This document shows, one piece after another, positions 60,097 to 64,000 of a stretch of 64,000 nucleotides of DNA (positions are counted from its first letter, which is position 1; every line of letters starts with the position of its first letter). The notes under the pieces were generated by a model, which saw nothing but the letters and a program-made list of their open reading frames with translations, was not told the DNA's origin and made no database searches. Source of the DNA: Macrostomum lignano. Its lineage: Eukaryota. Location of the stretch: the NCBI GenBank assembly GCA_002269645.1, contig NIVC01001101.1, forward strand, positions 124,001-188,000, given 5' to 3'. The position numbers were made by a program, and so were the translations under genes.

Positions 60097-60426
60097 TCAT
60101 TCAGTATCGATGGTTTCATTAGCTGACTCTGCAGGCAAATCCTTGGACATACAGGAGGCGTCAGGTTTGTCTGCCTCACACCGATCTGGTCCCAGCCGAG
60201 GTTCCTTCCGTCGTGGCGTCAGTTCCTCCGATTCGTCCAGTCTCTCTCCAAGGATTGATTCCAGATGGTCCCGCTCTGCCCGAACGATGTCCAAATCGTA
60301 CCTGAGTATGGCGATCTCGTCGTCCCTCGCCTTCTGCCCTTCTTCCAATTCTGCGATGCGCTTTCTCAGATCGGCTATTGTTGAACCCTGTTCTCCTACA
60401 ATATCGGAGAACACTTCCGCCGCCAC
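60097..60426 (-). CDS. Coiled-coil ORF fragment of unknown origin at the Helitron breakpoint
   Basis: Heptad-like IADLRKRIAELEEGQKARDDEIAILRYDL; no ATG. Confidence 0.3.
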   Translation of the reverse strand: MAAEVFSDIVGEQGSTIADLRKRIAELEEGQKARDDEIAILRYDLDIVRAERDHLESILGERLDESEELTPRRKEPRLGPDRCEADKPDASCMSKDLPAESANETIDTE

Positions 60427-62326
60427 GCAGGTGTAGAATCACGTCCCGCATTGTCACAGGGCCCTCACCATCATCAGCAGTCTCAGTGCCAGTCAAGACA
60501 GCAACCTGACTGACAGCAGGAAGGTTAAAGCGTCTGTAAATGCAGAAAAATAATAGTTATAATAATATTAGTCATACAAATAGGAATAGTTTGGAATAAT
60601 TAAAACCATGTATGTTCACAACATCTCAAAATCATTTACCTTAAGTGTTCCCCAGCTGGCTTTCGGTCCGCGCGAATCACAAGAGACGAATGCTTCAGCT
60701 GAGGGTCCTCAGTCAGTCTCTCAATCGCAGCTTTGAAATTGCGCACATAAGAATTGTGTCGGTGCAGCAAGTTCTGAAGCAATTCTATCAGCTGGCGGTC
60801 AATGCCCTGGACCATGGCCATCCTTGTCTCCAATTCGGAGTCACAAAAAAAAGATCTGACAAAACTTTGCTGCCAATTTCCTTCAGGGAGCAAACTTCCC
60901 ATTCGGTGGTGAAACTCTCCATGAACAATCACGTTAATACATCCACCAGGTAGTAGTCTCTCATTCACTCCCAATGGACACATGTGAAGCAGAGCATTGA
61001 TCTTTCTTACGTTGTTCAGGAAGTTGGCGCTTTTGTCGCGCTCACCCAGGTAAAGTCTTGAGCTCGTCCGAGATTTGTGGCGGCGTCAATTTCACCTTTC
61101 CGCCCTTACAGCACATTCCAGGTGGTTCATATTGCCAGAGCAGGGCGCTGCATTTCTTGCATTGTAACGCCAATCGCCCCGCAAAATGTGGCTTCATAGC
61201 AGTCGCAGTCAGCTGCCAACTCTGGCGCAGGGCATCTCGGGCACGTGCTGCACTCAGTCGGGTAGCACTGTCCGTCTCAGTCTCGACATTATTGTAAACA
61301 CGGGTGGAGATCTCAGAGAGGTCGGGTAGCTCCGCCTGTGCACTGCTCATAGAACGAGCACCGCTATCAGACCCCACTGTAGCATCTAAAAAACATCCAC
61401 TGATGACGCGCAGCGACTCGTAATGCTGGCTACTGCGGTGGTACAGCAGCAGAACGGTGGCCACAGACGGCAGCGTCGCTGCTGGTGAGCTCTGTACGCA
61501 GGTCAGCCTGTCGTCTTGGGACTCGTCAAGCTGATAAATAGCGAAATCCACGTTCAGGATTTTGCCAAGCAAAGGCGCGACAAAATCATGAACGTAGACC
61601 CCATCAGTCAAGGTGTCCCGTACCACCTGCTCGATGGTCAGCCGCTCGACCTGCAGCAGGGCAGCCTGCTCCTGGAGCAGAGGCGGGAGTCTGTCTGCCA
61701 TTGTTCGCCTGACCATGGCGTGGTCCATGGCCAGCGGCGTTCCGCGCAACTGATCCGCAACGGCGTGAAAGTAGCAGTTGCCGTCCCCACTGACAGGAGT
61801 AACCTGGGTGCAGGTTACACTGAGCGCGCGACCCGTGACTGACCTGCAGTTAACAACGTTTAATACTTAAATCCAACGTTTAATCCATGTTTAGAAACGA
61901 CGACAAGAAAAGAAACAATAATATATATATTAAAACTTACATACGTCGACCTTGACTGACTTCTAACGCTGAAGCTACGTCAGTAACATTCAATGTCCTG
62001 CGCTGCGTAGAAATGCGCCGTTCGGCCTCCAGACGGGCTCGTCGTTGTATCTCCGACTCGACTAAACGGCGCTCCGTACCGCGGGCTTTGTCCCTGGCCT
62101 GTCGTGAAACTCGCTCAGTCTCTGATTCGCCTGTGCGTCGGGCCGCAGTATCCAGGCGATCGCGTTCCAGACGCGCTTCTCGAGAGCTTTTGCTCTCCGT
62201 TTCACGGCGTATACGCGCGCGTTCTTGGTGCTTTTGTAACCGTAGCTCCCTATCTTCTGCAGTTTCTTCCTTCCTACGTTGCTTGGCTTCGCGACTTTTC
62301 TAAGCAACGCTCTTACGTTTAGCCAT
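60420..62326 (-). pseudogene. Helitron RepHel N-terminal region: charged repeats, OTU protease, zinc finger and Rep N-terminus; truncated before the HUH and helicase domains
   Basis: ETAEDRELRL/EARLERDR repeats; GDGNCYFHAVADQL...QHYESL (OTU); CKKCSALLWQYEPPGMCCKGGKVKL; HGEFHHRMGSLLP; and GEHLR|RFNLP across the GT-AG intron 60639-60534. TAG at 62300 and a frameshift near 61050. Confidence 0.88.
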
Positions 62327-62852
62327 GGGACCAAAAAATGCAAGATAGCAGTTCGATTCGATTCGAAATTGACGTAAAAGAATTACGTCAAACGATAAAG
62401 TGATATATATATATGTATAGCCAAAGAAACCAAAGAAATCGCGACCGCACCGCGTTTGCGCTTACGACACAAAAGACCATAGACTCTTTAGCAGAAAAGC
62501 AGAATAGCAGAATTTAGCAGAATAGCAGAACCATGGATGAATGAATAGAATGGATTGCTATTCTGGCTCTGGCTATTTTCGTTTTTGACTCTTTTGCATC
62601 CGGTTCCCCCCCCCCGTGCCTTTTCATTGGTTGATGATTGCCATAGACAATTTTGTTTGTCTCGCTCGTGTTTTGAAATAAAGGGGGAAGATTCGAGAGT
62701 CGATTCGTCTACAATTAAATCAGTTCTTTGCGCTTGTGCATCGAAAGAAAGGGGCGAAGGCAGATTTATTTCAAAACACGATAAATCTCAATGTTCATGA
62801 GTTCATTGGTTGCTAGGGTCCTCGAATTGGTTGCTAGGGTCCTCGAATTGGT

Positions 62853-63178
62853 AAAGGCGCGACAAAATCATGAACGTAGACCCCATCAGTCAAGGTGTCC
62901 CGTACCACCTGCTCGATGGTCAGCCGCTCGACCTGCAGCAGGGCAGCCTGCTCCTGGAGCAGAGGCGGGAGTCTGTCTGCCATTGTTCGCCTGACCATGG
63001 CGTGGTCCATGGCCAGCGGCGTTCCGCGCAACTGATCCGCAACGGCGTGAAAGTAGCAGTTGCCGTCCCCACTGACAGGAGTAACCTGGGTGCAGGTTAC
63101 ACTGAGCGCGCGACCCGTGACTGACCTGCAGTTAACAACGTTTAATACTTTAAATCCAACGTTTAATCCATGTTTAGA
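62853..63178. repeat. Copy of 61571-61895, inserted between duplicated flanks 62749-62852 and 63181-63284
   Basis: Near-identical sequence from AAAGGCGCGACAAAATC to CATGTTTAGA. Confidence 0.92.
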
Positions 63179-63236
63179 TTAAGGGGCGAATGCAGATTTA
63201 TTTCAAAACATGATAAATCTCAATGTTCATGAGTTC

Positions 63237-63965
63237 ATTGGTTGCTAGGGTCTTCGAATTGGTTGCTAGGGTCTTCGAATTGGTTGCTAAGGTCCTCGAA
63301 TTGGTTGCTAGGGTCTTCGAATTGGTTGCTAGGGTCCTCGGATTGGTTGCTAGGGTCCTCGAATTGGTTGCTAGGATCCTCCAATTGGTTGCTAGGGTCC
63401 TCGAATTGGTTGCTAGGGTCCTCGAATTGGTTGCTAGGGTCCTCGAATTGGTTGCTAGGGTCCTCGAATTGGTTGCTAGGGTCCTCGAATTGGTTGCTAG
63501 GATCCTCGAATTGGTTGCTAAGGTCCTCGAATTGGTTGCTAGGGTCTTCGAATTGGTTGCTAGGGTCCTCGAATTGGTTGCTAGGGTCCTCGGATTGGTT
63601 GCTAGGGTCCTCGAATTGGTTGCTAGGATCCTCCAATTGGTTGCTAGGGTCCTCGGATTGGTTGCTAGGGTCCTCGAATTGGTTGCTAGGGTCCTCGAAT
63701 TGGTTGCTAGGGTCCTCGGATTGGTTGCTAGGGTCCTCGAATTGGTTGCTAGGATCCTCGAATTGGTTGCTAAGGTCCTCGAATTGGTTGCTAGGGTCCT
63801 CGAATTGGTTGCTAGGGTCCTCGAATTGGTTGCTAAGGTCCTCGAATTGGTTGCTAGGGTCCTCGAATTGGTTGCTAGGGTCCTCGAATTGGTTGCTAGG
63901 GTCCTCGAATTGGTTGCTAGGGTCCTCGGATTGGTTGCTAGGGTCCTCGAATCGGTTGCTAGGGT
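63237..63965. repeat. 21-bp minisatellite (TTGGTTGCTAGGGTCCTCGAA)
   Basis: About 35 near-identical copies. Confidence 0.97.
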
Positions 63966-64000
63966 ATTTTTGATTTTGGTTGCTACGGTCTCGTGCTTTG

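Larger units (their letters stand above)
38541..62537 (-). mobile_element. Putative ~24.0-kb composite Helitron (non-autonomous)
   Basis: 3' hairpin-CTAG|T at 38541; candidate 5' A|TC at 62537 just upstream of Helitron RepHel N-terminal exons. The flanks rejoin into one TCCA/TTCA microsatellite. Joining the two ends into one element is inference. Confidence 0.55.

Noticed and set aside
63235-63973. Long repeat ORFs (EDPSNQF / LLGSSNW) or a CRISPR array
   Set aside because: Pure 21-bp tandem repeat with no unique spacers; the ORFs result from a unit length divisible by 3.

Overview
This is eukaryotic (animal, invertebrate-like) genomic DNA with spliceosomal introns, dense repeats and nested mobile elements. 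The RTE fragment and repeat style recall the flatworm Macrostomum, but that is only an impression. No prokaryotic operons, rRNA, intact tRNA genes or CRISPR arrays were seen. Positions 1-30 kb are a mosaic: a SINE, degraded paralogous gene pieces, one intact intronless ORF with a LamG-like domain, a duplicated Tudor exon, a mariner, MITEs, minisatellites and a higher-order satellite. Positions 30.6-36.4 kb hold a nearly intact I-group LINE (APE-RT-RNase H) with a target-site duplication (TSD) and a single nonsense codon. The main result is 38.5-62.5 kb. A Helitron 3' terminus (hairpin + CTAG|T, 38541) and a Helitron 5' region (candidate A|TC start at 62537, then repeat-rich N-terminus, OTU, zinc finger and Rep N-terminus) sit on the minus strand, and their flanks rejoin into one (TCCA/TTCA)n microsatellite. 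Between them lies a co-oriented ~9.6-kb Polinton/adintovirus-like gene block: pX-like, major capsid, ATPase, penton, adenain, fibre with two discoidin domains, GasderminX-like protein, and an exonuclease-degenerate pPolB with an OTU-type domain. The interval also contains an RPA70-like gene, an LTR with primer-binding site, a minimal Penelope-type hammerhead ribozyme and a spliced orphan gene. All family assignments come from motif recognition by eye; no searches were run.
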